A stretch of 64,000 nucleotides of DNA, taken from the NCBI GenBank assembly GCA_002104945.1, contig MCFH01000007.1:1116001-1180000 (forward strand), written 5' to 3'. Of the stretch, positions 28,061 through 42,700 are shown in pieces. The translations under genes and the position numbers were made by a program. The notes under the pieces are model-generated. The model ran no database searches and had not been told where the DNA came from. It saw only the letters and a program-made list of their open reading frames with translations. Origin of the DNA: Piromyces finnis finn. Taxonomy: Eukaryota; Fungi; Neocallimastigomycota. The stretch's first letter is position 1. Each line of letters begins with the position of its first letter.

Positions 28061-29351
28061 CTTTTTTTTTTTTGAGCAATAGGTAGTTAGTGGTTAGTGG
28101 TTAAAATGTTTACTTTTATAACTTTACTATAAAATTTTTCTATTTATCAATTATATATTTGAAGCACTATATAGTATATCTATTTTTTATTTTTATTTAA
28201 TTTTTATAATAATTGTTGCTATTTTTTTATGTATAATTATGAATAAATGTAATAGTTAATACTAATTGTAATAGAGTGTATTTAATTATAAATTCAATAA
28301 TTAAGGATACCAGCAAAATTAGAAAATAAGATAAAAAAAAAAAAAAGAATAATAATTAATTATGTCTCTCTCTAATAAGCAAAAAAAAAAAAAAAAAAAA
28401 AAAATAAATAAATAATAAAAATGTATTTAAATAATTTGATTTGAAAAGTATTATTAATAATTTAAACATTTAATGGAATAATATAATATTTTTGTATATT
28501 TAGTTAATTATCTAACATGTATATATATATGCATATATGAATAATTAATTAAAATTATATTTTATTTAAAGTGATAATTTATAATCATCAATAATTAAAA
28601 TTTTTAATATTTTGTTTGAATTTTTATATAATAAATTTTTAAAGAAAAAACTGAAATTATTTGAAAAACAAAGCAACATAAAACAATAATAAATGTAAAA
28701 TATTATTTATTATTAATAATCTAATTATTAGATTTAATATTTTATGTTCTTCAACTAATAGAAAAAAAAATAAATAAAATCCAATAAAATTCATTATTTA
28801 TTACTTTTTATTATTATTCTGGTAATTTGATGTAATTTTAAAACAAAATAAAAAAATAAAATATTAAAAGGTAAAGTTTTTTTTTCTTTCTCTCTCTCTT
28901 TCTTTTTTTCTTTTTTCTTCTTTTTTTAATAAATTCAAATTAAAGATATTAATATATTCATAACATTCCAACATTATATAATTTCATTAATCCATTAATT
29001 AATTAATTAATATCAACATAGAATAAACTAAAAATGTATTTAACATTAAGGTTTAGGAAAATTTTGAAAATTATAAATAAATTCTAATAATAGAAAGAAC
29101 GAAAAAAAAAAAATTATACAAACATAAATAAATTAACATTATATTTCTCTTTATATTATTAAATATAAAATTAATAATCTAATATTTATATTATATATAA
29201 ATTCATTAATATCATTTAATTTAGTAGATATATTCTTCATTCAAAATCAGTAAAGAATTGATTTAATTATTTATAATTAAATTAAATTAAATGTATTTTA
29301 TAAAAATTGTTAAAAAGTTAAAACAATACTAGTATAAATTAATTATATAAA

Positions 29352-32300
29352 ATGATATCGAATAATAGTAATAATTCGTCATCCAAACAAAAGCTGGAAT
29401 CTATATTTACTAATGTTGAAAAAAAAAAATCAATTTCATCATTGACAACACCTACTTCAGTGCTATCACCAACTATTACAGGATCTTATAATAATACTAT
29501 TGGTTTAGATTTATCAGAATTAAAGGAAAAGGATGCAGATGTTAAAGGATGGATAAATAAAATGCTTTCTTCTTCAATGCCTTTACCTAATGTTAAATCT
29601 ATTGAAAGTAGTACTAACATTAATTCTGAAATTTCACCTACATTTGCCGCATCACCTTCTTCTACAGCTTCACCAACAACTGATAATAATGTTCCACAAC
29701 AATCATCTATTCTCCTTATAAAATTGGAAAATGCTGGGCAACAAATTTCAAAATCAATTGAGAAAATAAGTAATGAAGTAGTTAAAAATATTCCTCGAGT
29801 AATGTATGATATTGAAAATATGAGGAAAGATATTAGAATAATGCAAGAAAGTATTAATCATGTTAGAATGGAGTATAGAAAATTTAATACTGATAGTTCA
29901 GAAGTAATACAACCAATGTTTCTTCTTGACACTATACGTCTTAGAATGGAAGATACTCGTAAGCTTTTGAAAGAAGCCGAAAATTGGTCCAATCTTTCTT
30001 TAGAAATGGATGATATTTTTAATAATAAGGAATATGAAAGAGCTGCTGTTACATTAGAAGATGCTCAAAAAAGTTTAGCATTACTTAAAAATAGTTCAGA
30101 TTATGAAGAAAAACGTGAATTATTACGAAAATATCTCAATCGATTAGAAGCTGAGCTTAGTCCACTTTTATTACAAACCATTAAGTCCAAAGATATTAAA
30201 AATCTTAAAAAATATCAAAAAATATTTAAAAAAATCGATAGAGAAAGTGAATTTTATGGATGTTATTTCAGAAATGTTAAACAAGAGATTATTAGATACT
30301 GGATGGGATTTGAGGTATTTCAGATTTTGAAATGAAATGAATATTGATATTTGTTATTTTATTATGTAAAAAACAATTATATTAATGAAATTAATGGCTA
30401 TTTATATTTTTTATATATTAATAATATTTTCCACTTTTTTATTTTTATTACCTTTTAATTAAATAGGTTAAAGATAGTGAACAACAAGAAATAGTAGTTC
30501 CAATTACACCACTAATGCCATCACCAAATAAAGAAGACAAAGAAGATAAAAAGGAAGAAGATGATAATATTTTAATAATTAATTCAACTAATCCTCATAA
30601 TTTATCCTTTGTTGAATGGATACCATCTTATTTTGATGAATTATATTCTATTATTGTTAAAGAGTTTAATTGGAGTGCTAATATATTTAAACAACCAGGA
30701 GATGTTGTTTGCCATTTAATTAATGAATCCAATAAACACCTTAAGCCATCTTTCAGCCAACGTTTAGAAAGTTTTAAAAGTTCTGATGGTAGTCATTTTG
30801 TTATTTCCTTAATTAATATATATAAAGTTGTAGAGAATTTTGCTCAAACTGTAGAACATAATATTTTATTTCAAAGGGATACCAGTCGTTTCCTTAAAAT
30901 GTCTACTTTTGCACCTACTTGCATTAATTCTAGTGTTATGAGTCGTTTTAATAAAAATTATCATTTAGGTAATTGGGGTGAATATCTTTTTGAACCTTTC
31001 CTCCCTTACCAGCAAAATTTTGCAAACTTAGAATATAATTATCTCATTGAACAATTAAAAAATCTTTTTAAACCCGATGTTATGGCTCATAAATCTCCAA
31101 ATGAATTAGTGGATCATTTACATCTTTCAGTAGATAAAATATTTAATAAAATTGAAGGAACTATTCAACGTTGCATTGATTTAACGTATGGATATGCTTG
31201 TCCACATACTTTAAAAATTATCAATGATTATTTAATCACTTCATTAGAAAAATATTCTGATATATTAAGAGTTATCCGCTCTCGTACAGAAATTAAATTA
31301 ATAAGTAAGATTAAAGAAGAACATAAATTAGGCATTCATTCCCCTCTTGCTTCTACTACTTCAATTAATAACTCTTCTAGATCGTCTTTAGAATCAATAA
31401 ATGATGCTGATGAAGATCTTCTTCAAGAAAGAAATCGTCAAGTATGGTTCAATTTCCAACTTGGTTTTAAACTTTTAGGAGTTTGTTGTCTTTTTGATAA
31501 AGAGATTAAGCGAGTAGAGCTTCAAGAATTACCTCAATTCTTTGAAATGATTTTTAGTAACCGAAAGACTTTAGAAGAAACAAATGATCTTTTAACTCAA
31601 TTAAATTCTATTCTTAAAATAAATCATGCCGATTCTGAATATGAGATACAATTAGATTCTCCAGTGGTCAAAAAAAATGAGAGTAAAGTTTTTAATAGTG
31701 AAGGTGATGATATTAAAGATAATAGTTTTGGTGAGGTTATAGGCCAAGAAGAAAATCATGAAGATTCAAATAATTCTAACCTTGTACAAGATAATGCTGT
31801 CAAATTAGAAAAAGAAGATTCAGAAAAACAACAGAAATATTTACAAAAGGCAGCAAAAGAATTACAAATATTTGAAGAACTCTATCGATCTCAAAATGTT
31901 GGTAGTGTCATTTCTCGTGAAATGATTCGACTTTCCTCTCTTAATAATTATGAATTGAAAGAATGTATCCGTATTATTACAAAACAATACTATCAAACCA
32001 AAATGGATACTTCTACAAAAAATTCAAATACTAATACTACAGAATCTCAAGCTTCTGCTATTCTTATGGATATGCCAGAATTAGAATTATTACCACAAGA
32101 TAAAATCCGATCCACCATATTAAATAACGTAAAGGCACAAATGTCAAATATTACAAGTGAATGCCAACATTTCATTTATGATGCCATTTTCCTCATTATT
32201 GATGAACAGCTTTCTGATTTATTTAATAAGGAACGTTGGTCTCATGTCACTTCAACCAAGACTTCTCCTTTCAACTTTGAAATACCACAATTTAGTCTTT

Positions 32301-33224
32301 CCCCATCTTCATATATTATTAATATTGGTGAACATCTTCTTTCTCTCCCACAACATTTGGAACTTTATATAAATGATGAAGCATTAACTTATTCTGTAAA
32401 TACTTTACCATATTGTCAACCTATGGTGTTTTTAACTAATTCTCTTTTAGAAGATATAAATATTACGCCTTCTAAATCCACTGAAGAAAATCAACATCAA
32501 GATGATGAATCAGAAGTATATATTTCATATTATTATTATTTATATATATGCTATTATTTTATAATATAGTAATTGTAATGCATAATTCATTTTTAGTTAA
32601 ATGTTATGGATTTTATATTTACTATTATTTTAATTAAAATATTATATATTATGATAATATTTATTTATTATTATTTATTATAATAATTTTTTATATTTTT
32701 ATTATCCCCAATATTAACCTATCAATCTCTTATTATTATATATTTATTCAATTTTCAATTTTTTTTTTAAATAATATTATTTATTTTTAAATTAGTTTGA
32801 AGAACCTAGTGGCCATATGTGGATAGTGTCTTTATGTAATGGTACAATGAATAAATATATTAAAAACATTATGAATATAAAAGAGTTAACAGCACAAGAA
32901 TCAAAACAACTTGGTACAGATATTAGTTATTTAATTAACATTTTTGGTGCTCTTGAAATTTATGTTTCACCTATTCTTAATAGTATTAATAACTTTAGTC
33001 ATATGAATGATAAGGAATTACTTAAACGAAAAGAAGAATTAGAATCTATTCTCAATAAACAATTAAATTTAAATGAAGACAATAATATAACAGAAAATGA
33101 AAATAACGAAAATCTAAAAGAAGATAATGGCATATCATCTTCCATGATGTTGATGTTAACTGAACATGAAGAATATGAATTAATTAAATTATGGATAAAA
33201 ATTCGTAATATTAATGAAATATAA
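29352..33224 (+). CDS. COG7: Conserved oligomeric Golgi complex subunit 7 (3 exons: ~29352-30313, ~30466-32517, ~32797-33224)
   Basis: LLIKLENAGQQISKSIEKISNEVVKNIPRV...LKEAENWSNLS...SSDYEEKRELLRKYLNRLEAELSP matches the COG7 N-terminus. The C-terminal FSLSPSSYIINIGEHLLSLPQHLE and WIVSLCNGTM...ESKQLGTDISYLINIFGAL are COG7 hallmarks. Confidence 0.9.
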
Positions 33225-36200
33225 AATAACAAAAAATGGTATACTTAAAATGGATATATTTGATATATAAATATTTTTTTTTATTACAATTGATTTTATA
33301 AAGTAATTCAAATTTTTTCAAAACGTTAAATACAAGTAATAAAAATAATCATAATTAAGATTAATAGCAATGATAATATTCAATAAATAATAAAAAAATA
33401 AAACAAATCATTATAAATGTATATTATTATTAAAAAATATACATATATATAACTTTTTAATTAATATTTTTAAATTGTAAAAAAATATATATGCATAAAT
33501 ATACAAAAATGAAAATATAATAATTTCCTTTAATAAAAACTATTTTTTTAAACAATAATTAAATAAAAAAGGGTTTTTGATGTTTTTGATAGCAATAATT
33601 ATTTTTCAATAAAGAGTATACAATATTCTTAAATTTTCTAATAATAAATAATTTTGTTTACTCCTTTTTTTTCTTTTTTTTTTTTTTTTTTAATATTTTA
33701 CTATTAATTGTTTACAATAACAAATATCATAATGTATTACAAAATCTTTCATTTTATATATAAATTGAATATATATTAAATATATATAGCCACAATGTTT
33801 ATATAAAAAATTTTTAATATTAATTTATATAGTAAAAACTTTATTATATATTAAATACTAGAATTACAGTTACTAGATAAATATTAATATAGCAATATAT
33901 TATTAATGATAATTATCAATAATTAATTTACAAAATGTGCATTAAACAAATTTACTGAGGAATATCAAACAAAACAATAGAAAGAATTATAACAAAATTT
34001 TTCATGTTTTATTTTTAATGACCTAATTCATTTATGATAAGGTTAATAATAAAAATTTAAATAAAAAAATGTTACACAAAACATTATTAATTTGAATTTT
34101 TATCAGTGATTTTTGATGAGATGTATTTATTAATTGCATATTAGATTAAATTTTTGTTTTACTAAGTTCATGGTTACACTAGGGAAAAAGATTTTAACTA
34201 TTTTTAATAATATTTAAAATTAAAAAAATATATATTTTATTATTAAAGCGAATTTTAAAAATTTTATAAATAAAAAACGAAAAAAAAAATAGTTATTTAA
34301 AAGTGTTAAAATGGTGAATATCTGCTACATGTATTACTATAAAAATATTGTTATATTTAATTTATTATAATAAAAATTATAGTGATGTAATAAATATAAT
34401 AAGTCCGTATTTTTAATTGTTTGGTTATAAAGCAATAAATAGATATTAATCTTTAAAAAAAATGTTTGAAGAATATCTTTTTAACAACAATATTTTTTTG
34501 ATAATATTGCTTATTTTATTTATTGGTACATGAGATTAAAATGAAAAAAATATTTCTTCAAACATTTTTTAATATATATCGAATATTTGAGATAATTAAG
34601 TTTTTTGCTATGTTAAATTAAATATATACTTTTTTTTAGCAGTTTTTTCATCAAAATTGGAAATTCTCATAGTATATATTAATAGTTGAACTAAAATAGT
34701 AAATGAATAAATATTAAATAAATAAATAAATAAATTAATAATAAATAATAATCATTATTTTAGATAAATATTATATGGATTAATTATCATATTTATAATA
34801 CTAATAATTATTAGTATATTTATTATAATTAAAATTAGTACTTAAACTTAATTTACTAATTATTTTCTTTTTTTTATAATAATAATAGTTTTTTTTTAGA
34901 ATACTTAATATTCAGTAATATATTATTATATATTATATTTTTTTGCATTAAATGTGATACATATAATAAATAATGTATTTATATTATATTATATAATACA
35001 TTTATAAATATATTATTAATAACCATCTGCATATATTTAATAATCTAATATGAAGTTTTTTAATGTTACCAATAGAGAAAACTTTTTTAATATATGTCAA
35101 ATATACAATAAATATATTTGGAAATATATTATAATAAATAAAATGTTTATAAATATAATACAAATATCTTTAATTTAATATATTCATAATAACCCAGTAT
35201 ACATTAATAATATATTAAAATAAATATAATATATTGCAATATATTAAATAATTATTCAATTCAAATTAAAAGTTACACAAATAAAAAAGAAAAATTGCAA
35301 AAGGTTAAGTACACAAAATCTTATTTATTACTATTTTATATTTTAGCTTTATAAGCCTTTTAATTATTTACAATATATTACTACAATATTGTTGATATAT
35401 ACATATATATGAATTATAATTCCGCACATATATTATATTTATTTTTTTTTCTCTAATTTATCTAGTATTGACCATAAAAATAAAATAAAAATAATCAACA
35501 ATTAAAATTAAATTATATAAATATAATATATAAAAAAAATTTAAGATATATTATGATAAATTTAACAAAATTATAGCAATAAAATTAATTAAGTTTAAAT
35601 GTATTAGTATTATAAATTAATTATGTAATTTATATTTAAATTTTTTTTTTCATATATATTATAATTAATAGAAAAACCTAATTTATAATAAAATTTTATT
35701 ATATTATATGAACCTTAATAATATATCATAAATATAATATATAGTATTATAAAATATATAATTTAAATGTGATAATATATGATATTTAAAATCTTTATAT
35801 TTTTTAAAATAAATTTTACTACTTTTTTTTTTTTTTATTCACAAAACCGAAATATATTTATTTTTCTATAAAAATTATTGAGATTAGATTAAGAAAAAAT
35901 AAATGTAATTTAATTTAATATCAGTTCATTATTTATTTATAACAAATCAAGAAAGTGTTAAAGAAAGAAAAGAAGAAAAATAAACTCAATAATTTAATTA
36001 TTATTTTATTATAATGAAATAATAATAATAGCAAGCCGTTAAAAAATATAAATATAAAAAATAAATATAAAAATAATTAATAATAATAAAAAAAAGAAAA
36101 AGATTTATAAACAAAAATAGAAAGAAAAAAAAAAAAAAACTAAGCAGAAAAGAGTAGCAAAAAACTTTTTCGGAATTGTTTTCCTTATTATTTTATATTA

Positions 36201-36713
36201 TTTTTTTATATAGATATAAAATAAAATAAAAGGAAGACAAAAAAAAAAAAACTATCTAAAATAATTTTTTAAGTATTAATTAATAATATAAAAGAAATTA
36301 GAACAAATAAGCTAAAGAAATAAAAATTATTTTTAGGTAAATATTATTTTTTATAATATATTCTAGTATAAATAATAAATTTATTTAAAAAATAAGTAAA
36401 TTTATAATTTTACACTTTCATTATTATTTGTTTTAGTTTTAATTTATAGTAATATACAATATTTTTATTTTTATATATTTTTTATTTTAATATTATAAAA
36501 TTATCAATATAGTAAGATAACATAGAATTATTTAAACAATATCTTTCCCCTTTTTTTTCAAAGTTATTTAAAAATATTATTTGTTAATTTATTATAAATA
36601 TTTTTTAATTTATGTGAAAATAGGTTCAAATTTATAGATAAAGAAAATATAGAATATAAAAAAATAAGTAATAAGGCAAAATAATAAATAATATAGTTAC
36701 GGAAAACATAAAA

Positions 36714-39700
36714 ATGGATAAGACAAAAGGTTCAAAAAATAATAAAATTATAGCTTATAATAAGGCTAAATTTAATTTTAAGAATTTTAAAACATTTGCA
36801 ATTTATAATGGCCCAGTAAACTTAATATCATGGTCGCCAAAAAATAAAGTTGATATTTTACTTCTTCCAATCGATAAATTAACAAATACTGCACTCACAA
36901 GTTATGGTAATGATCAGAAATCCTTCTCGAGTAATAGATCATTTTCAAATTCTCCATACCAAAATTCCCCATACCAAAATTCTCCATATCAAAATTCCCC
37001 TCTTATTTTCGAAAAAAATAAAAACAACCTTGGAATATATAATCGTGAATCAGATGCATTCATATTTAAAGGAGTAAAAATGATTATTGGTTTTATAGAT
37101 ATAACAAGATTTATTCAAAAGTATTCTAAACCAAGTAGTTTTGCTAGACATATAAAACATAATTTAAAGCCAATTGTAAAGGATTTTAATATTAAACCAG
37201 ATGGTATTGCTATATTTGGTTTACCAGAATTAAGATTAATTTGTTCAGAAGAGGAATGCATTGAATTCATTGAACATCTTCGTGGATATTTCCAAAATGT
37301 TATTCTTATTGCGGATATTGATGATTTAGGAATATTTAAAAAAGTTAGAGATATTATTGATGGTACATTCCTTAAAAGTTCAATATTTTTTGCAGATGGT
37401 AGTCAAAAGACTAGACATGATCTTCCAACTGCAGGTTATTTAGATTATCTTACAGAATTAAAAAATGAAATTAATAATAAGGCTGATTTTATGGTTTTTG
37501 ATGTTGAAGTACTTCCACCATTTGTAGGAAACCACAAAGAATATATTTTAATGCATAAAGTTATTGAATGGATAGGTGAATATAATTTCTTAGGTTCTGT
37601 TGTTCATACCAATGAAATGAATGATCCAAAAGATGTACGTCCACTTGCTTACTTAAAAATTGCTGATGATAATGTTTTTGAATATGTTAATTCAGATCAA
37701 ATAAAGAAAACTAAAAAAGCTATTGAAGGTTTAGTCCTTAAATTAGATCCATATGAATATCCAATTACTCCTGCTACATGGGAGCCTGTATTAAATGCTG
37801 TAAAATTCCCACCAATTATTAGTGATCGTTTTAAAAATATAACAAGTGTAAAAAGAGAAGATTTTACTGACACTGTATTTGCAAAACCAATTCCACCAAA
37901 GGTACCATTAATAGCAGAATTGCAAAAAGTTACACAAAATGAAATAGGTGATGCAGTAGTAAAAAAACCACGTGTTCCAATACAAAGACCAACAAGAGAT
38001 AATTTGAATCTTGGAGGTAGTTTAAGAATTCATCATTCTGTTAGTTTCAAGAATAGGAAGAATAAGCCAAACGTTGAAAAAGAAAAAGTTTACAATATTT
38101 CTAGAGTAACAGGAATGAGTTATGTAGGAATTAGTTGCGATATGAAAAGAACAAGTGAAATTAATATGAACATTGCTAGAGTATTATTTAGACTTTTAAC
38201 TAAGAAATTACTTAGTCCACTTCGTTATTCAATTGATGTTCCATCAAATGAATATACCCCTGCATTTAATAAAATGATAGATGTTTTGGAAGAAATGATT
38301 GAAAAACCTTCTCGTTGTATTCGTTATATGGAAAATTCTGTGTTTAAAGATCAAAATATAACTAGTATTTTTCAACAATTAAAAGATGATTTATTAAATA
38401 ATAGAGTTGAAGTATTAACAGTTACAAGTGGATCATTAAGATTAATTGAAGAGAATCCTTTGCCATATAAGCCAGTAATTGCTATTGGAGGTGAAGTTCA
38501 AGAAGAACCAAATACTTTATACATTTTTGTTTCCGAAACAGTTCCAGATATTTTAGAAGCTGTTCTTCATATATATTGTAAACAAAAATATGTTTTCTCA
38601 ACCCAACAATGTGTAATTATGGAATCTGCTGTTGTAGGACAAACTCAAAAGAAATGCAAACTTCCAATATCCGAAAGAATAATTTGGCAATTAAATAATT
38701 TATCTTACTCAGAAAAAATTGATTTAGTAAGAAGAACTCAAAAAGTTATCGATACTATTGAACATAGTAAAGTCGCAACAACTAATAAGCATGAAACAAT
38801 ATATGCAGTAGAAATAGCCAAATATATTAAGCAATACTGTAACTATCTTTTAATTAAAAAACAAAATTATGAAGATAGATTAATACAAGCAACTTATGAA
38901 GGTTTCCTTCCTACTAGCGTTTTCGAAGAAGAAATGGCACAATTTATTGCATGGGCTACTTTAGATCCTATTGGTCCAGATTTAATGAATGAATATTGTA
39001 GATGTATTGAAAAAGTTGTTTCAGATAAATATTTTAAGTCTGATTCTCCATATTCTGTATGCCTTTGTTACCTTTTCTATGCTTTTTGGAAAGGATGTCG
39101 TCGTGTAGCTTGGATGAATTTATATTCATCTTTATTAGATATTAATTCTCTTTATCTTGAAGATTCAGATCAAGTAGCTGTAGGTATGGAAATGACAACA
39201 ACTCAATCTAATATGAATTTCCTTTATGATTTAAATAGTCATCAACTTTCGAAGGCCATGCATACACTTTTACGTTCACGTGGAAGAAAAATCCCATTAG
39301 GAAATTATGAAAATCAATTAAATCAAACATACACTGAAAGTGATCATAAAATGAAAACTATAGCCAATGCTTTTATTTTTGTTTATCCTGTTTTGGTAGA
39401 TTTATTATTAATTAAATTCCTTGGTTCTGGTATTTTTGTTAGTAGTAATCTTGAAGAACAATCAAGAAATTGTATTAGTCTTGTATTACTTATTATTTTC
39501 CCAATTATTGGTGGTATAATTAACTCCGTTGCAAGAACTTGTACTTATTATTTCTTCCAAAAATCAATGCCATTGATGCTTGAATCATTCTCAAAAAGAT
39601 TATCTTCAGCTTTAATCGTTATTACTATTGTTTCTAGTGTACTTGCTGGATTTTCAATATTATTTACTAGAAAAGGTATATACGATGAAAATTTAGAAAC

Positions 39701-42700
39701 TGGTGGAAGAACACTAAATCATTATGAATATAATTATTATGCAATTCCTTTGACATTCTTCTATGCAATGGGATTTTGTCTTTACCTTCTCTTCTTTTCA
39801 ATACTCACATCTATTAAAAACTCAGATATTATGTTCTTAAAATGTGATGGTCCTCGTTCAGCTATCATTGGTGTATGCATTTTATTAATTCCAATGGCTT
39901 GTGCTAACTTTATATTTACACCTGATACAACAAAACCTGGATATCAAAAGGAAAGGAGAGATGAATTTATTATTCCTTGGAAGTCAAATTTAGCTTGGGC
40001 TGTTTATGATTTAGCTTTCTTTGTATCAGTAACTTATATGGCTCATATGTTTAAGCGTATAGCACATGATTACATTGATTGGCCATCAAAATTGAAAATT
40101 CCATCTGATGAAGAAATTCAGAGTTATTTTGAAAGTAGTCATCCAAGACCAACCCCATTCCCAAATGAACCAAAAGATGTATATGATAAACGTATTCTTT
40201 TATGGAACAGAGCAGCTCGTCAATATTATATGAAAGAAGTCACTAATAATATTCATTCTCCATCATTTAAGTCACAACCTCAAATTATCAAACAACGTGT
40301 TGTTCAAGAACGTTGGGAAATGGAATTGATGCAATGGTTCTTCCTTCGTACAGGTACAACTATTTATCCAGAAAAATATAGCAACCAATGGGATACAATG
40401 GTTAAGGGTGGTATTATTGATTTGAAAAAGAAATATCAAATTGAAAAGTTAAATCGTGGTGATTTATTATTCCAATTTGAAAGTCCTGCTATTTACTTTG
40501 GTATATTCTATTTCATCTTTATTTTTATTGATAAATGGGCAATGTTTATTATGACTGGAAAGCCAGTAATTTCAATTTACAATCCTGGTATGAATGAAAT
40601 AAATAATATGTATGTTAATGCTACCTTATTTGCAACAATATTTATGTTAATTAGTTCAGGTTTTCTTGAAATAACATTAAATTCATTGTTAAAATATGAA
40701 ATGGAAAGTTCAATCCAAGTTCGTATGAATACTCATAAAGGAAAAGAAATGTTTGCTTCTTTTAAGAATAATAGTAGAAAAATTTATCGTACAGAATTAA
40801 TTAAATTTTTAACAATGATGTTTATTGTATTAATGATTGTTATGGGTGTATTTTTATTTACTCAAATTGGTGAAACAACAAATTATTTAGCTGTAGTTCT
40901 CTTTTTACTTGTTACTTTAGGTTTTACGGGTTTCTTAGTTGGTTTATTCCATAAATTATTCTTTAAATCACAAGATACAGAAGTATTATTAAATAAAATT
41001 ATGATTGTTATTATTGTTTTAGCAATTTTAATTCCGGTAGCTCTTAAATTTATGTTATCTAAACAAGGCGTACCATGGCAAGTTGGTATTACTACTTCTT
41101 TAGGTGGATGGTTCTTTGGAATCGCATGCATTTACTTATACTTTAAGGAAACTTACAGTAATGTTCATTATACAACTACTCTTGCCCCACATTTAGCATC
41201 TTCTGGTCAACGTTTCATTAATGATACTCATGATTCATTAGCTATTAAGACTTTAAATACATTCTGTCAATTGAAGGCTCCAAAATCAAAGATTCAACTC
41301 TCATCACAATCACATCAACTTATCTTAAATAAAATGAATCATTTCTTAGAGCAATTTTCTTATCTTCCAGATGGTCATATATTGAAGTTAGCTTTCCCAA
41401 AGGGTAAACAAATTCTTTCCACAATTGTCCATGATTTATCAAATGGTAAAATTAAAGTTTTCTTTTTACCTGAACAACTATTTGATATTGCAGGTCATCG
41501 TTACACTGCTGTATCAAGAATGAATGAAAATGTATTAGAAGTATATACCTTTGAAAAGCAAACCATGGGTATTGTTACTGATGTTATTAATGATGAAGTT
41601 ACTACTTGGGTTTGTGCTAGTATTGTTCATGAATTCTGTGAACAAGTATTTGGATATACTCATGCAAATGCTTGTACATGTGAATATCTTTGTTATCCAG
41701 CTGATCGTGTATTAAAGGTTTTACCATCACGTTATGAATACCAAATTAAAAATAGTACAGATTATGAATCAAGAAAGATGTTTTATAACACAGATAATAT
41801 TACTCTTCAAAAGGGACTTTTTGATATTAAGGTAGATGTTGAATGGCCAAGACTTTCTCGTGAATCTCGTGTATGGTTGATTCGTTGGATGTCTGATTTA
41901 GAAAGAGTTATGTCTGAATTTGATCAAAATTCATATCAATTTAATATTAATAAAATTAAAACATTTTTAAATAATATTCCATCAAATTTATTAGCTACTA
42001 TTCATAAATACAACAATCCTGGTTCTGATATTCGTGAATTAGTCGCAATGAATCTTATATCTATTTTCAATTCAAGACTTATTCTTCAAAACTTAGATGG
42101 TGCTACTGGTTTTAGAGTTGGAAGAAGAAATGGATTACAAAAGAAGAAGACTAGATATTCATTTATTATTAGCTATAAAACCCTACAACCATTTAAGTCA
42201 AAGGTAAATGCCAATACAATGAGGGGTACTACAATAAGACGTTCTCAACGTGAAATTGAAAATGAAAAACCAAGTTTCCTTGAAAATGTTTCTATAAAAT
42301 TGAAGGAATATGAACTTTTATTCTTCCTTTCATTTACAGGAGATCCAAGATTTGGTAGAGAAATAAGTAGTATGAAAATCTTCTTCTTAATTAGATTTAT
42401 ACTTGTAAGATTCTTTAAAATAGCACGTAGACTCTCATGGTATATTACAAAAACATTCTATCTTAAACATAAATCAGAAACTATAAATTTAATGAGACAA
42501 ATGAAGGATGGTTTATTCCGTACTCATTTTGTTAGTGGTGGAAGATTGCTTAGAGTTGATTCTTACAATTCAAGTGCTGAAACTCTTGTTAGTTTAATGG
42601 AATTTAGAGATGGCTATATGATAGCTAATCGTTATTCTGGTCCAAGAGCACTAACATGGAAACCAAATAGTAGTGATGTCCCAGTTAGTAGAGGTTACTT

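Noticed and set aside
27724-29351. Divergent PPP1R21-like/COG7 pair as a co-regulated trafficking locus
   Set aside because: No shared motif recognisable in the 1.6-kb AT-rich spacer; adjacency alone is not evidence.
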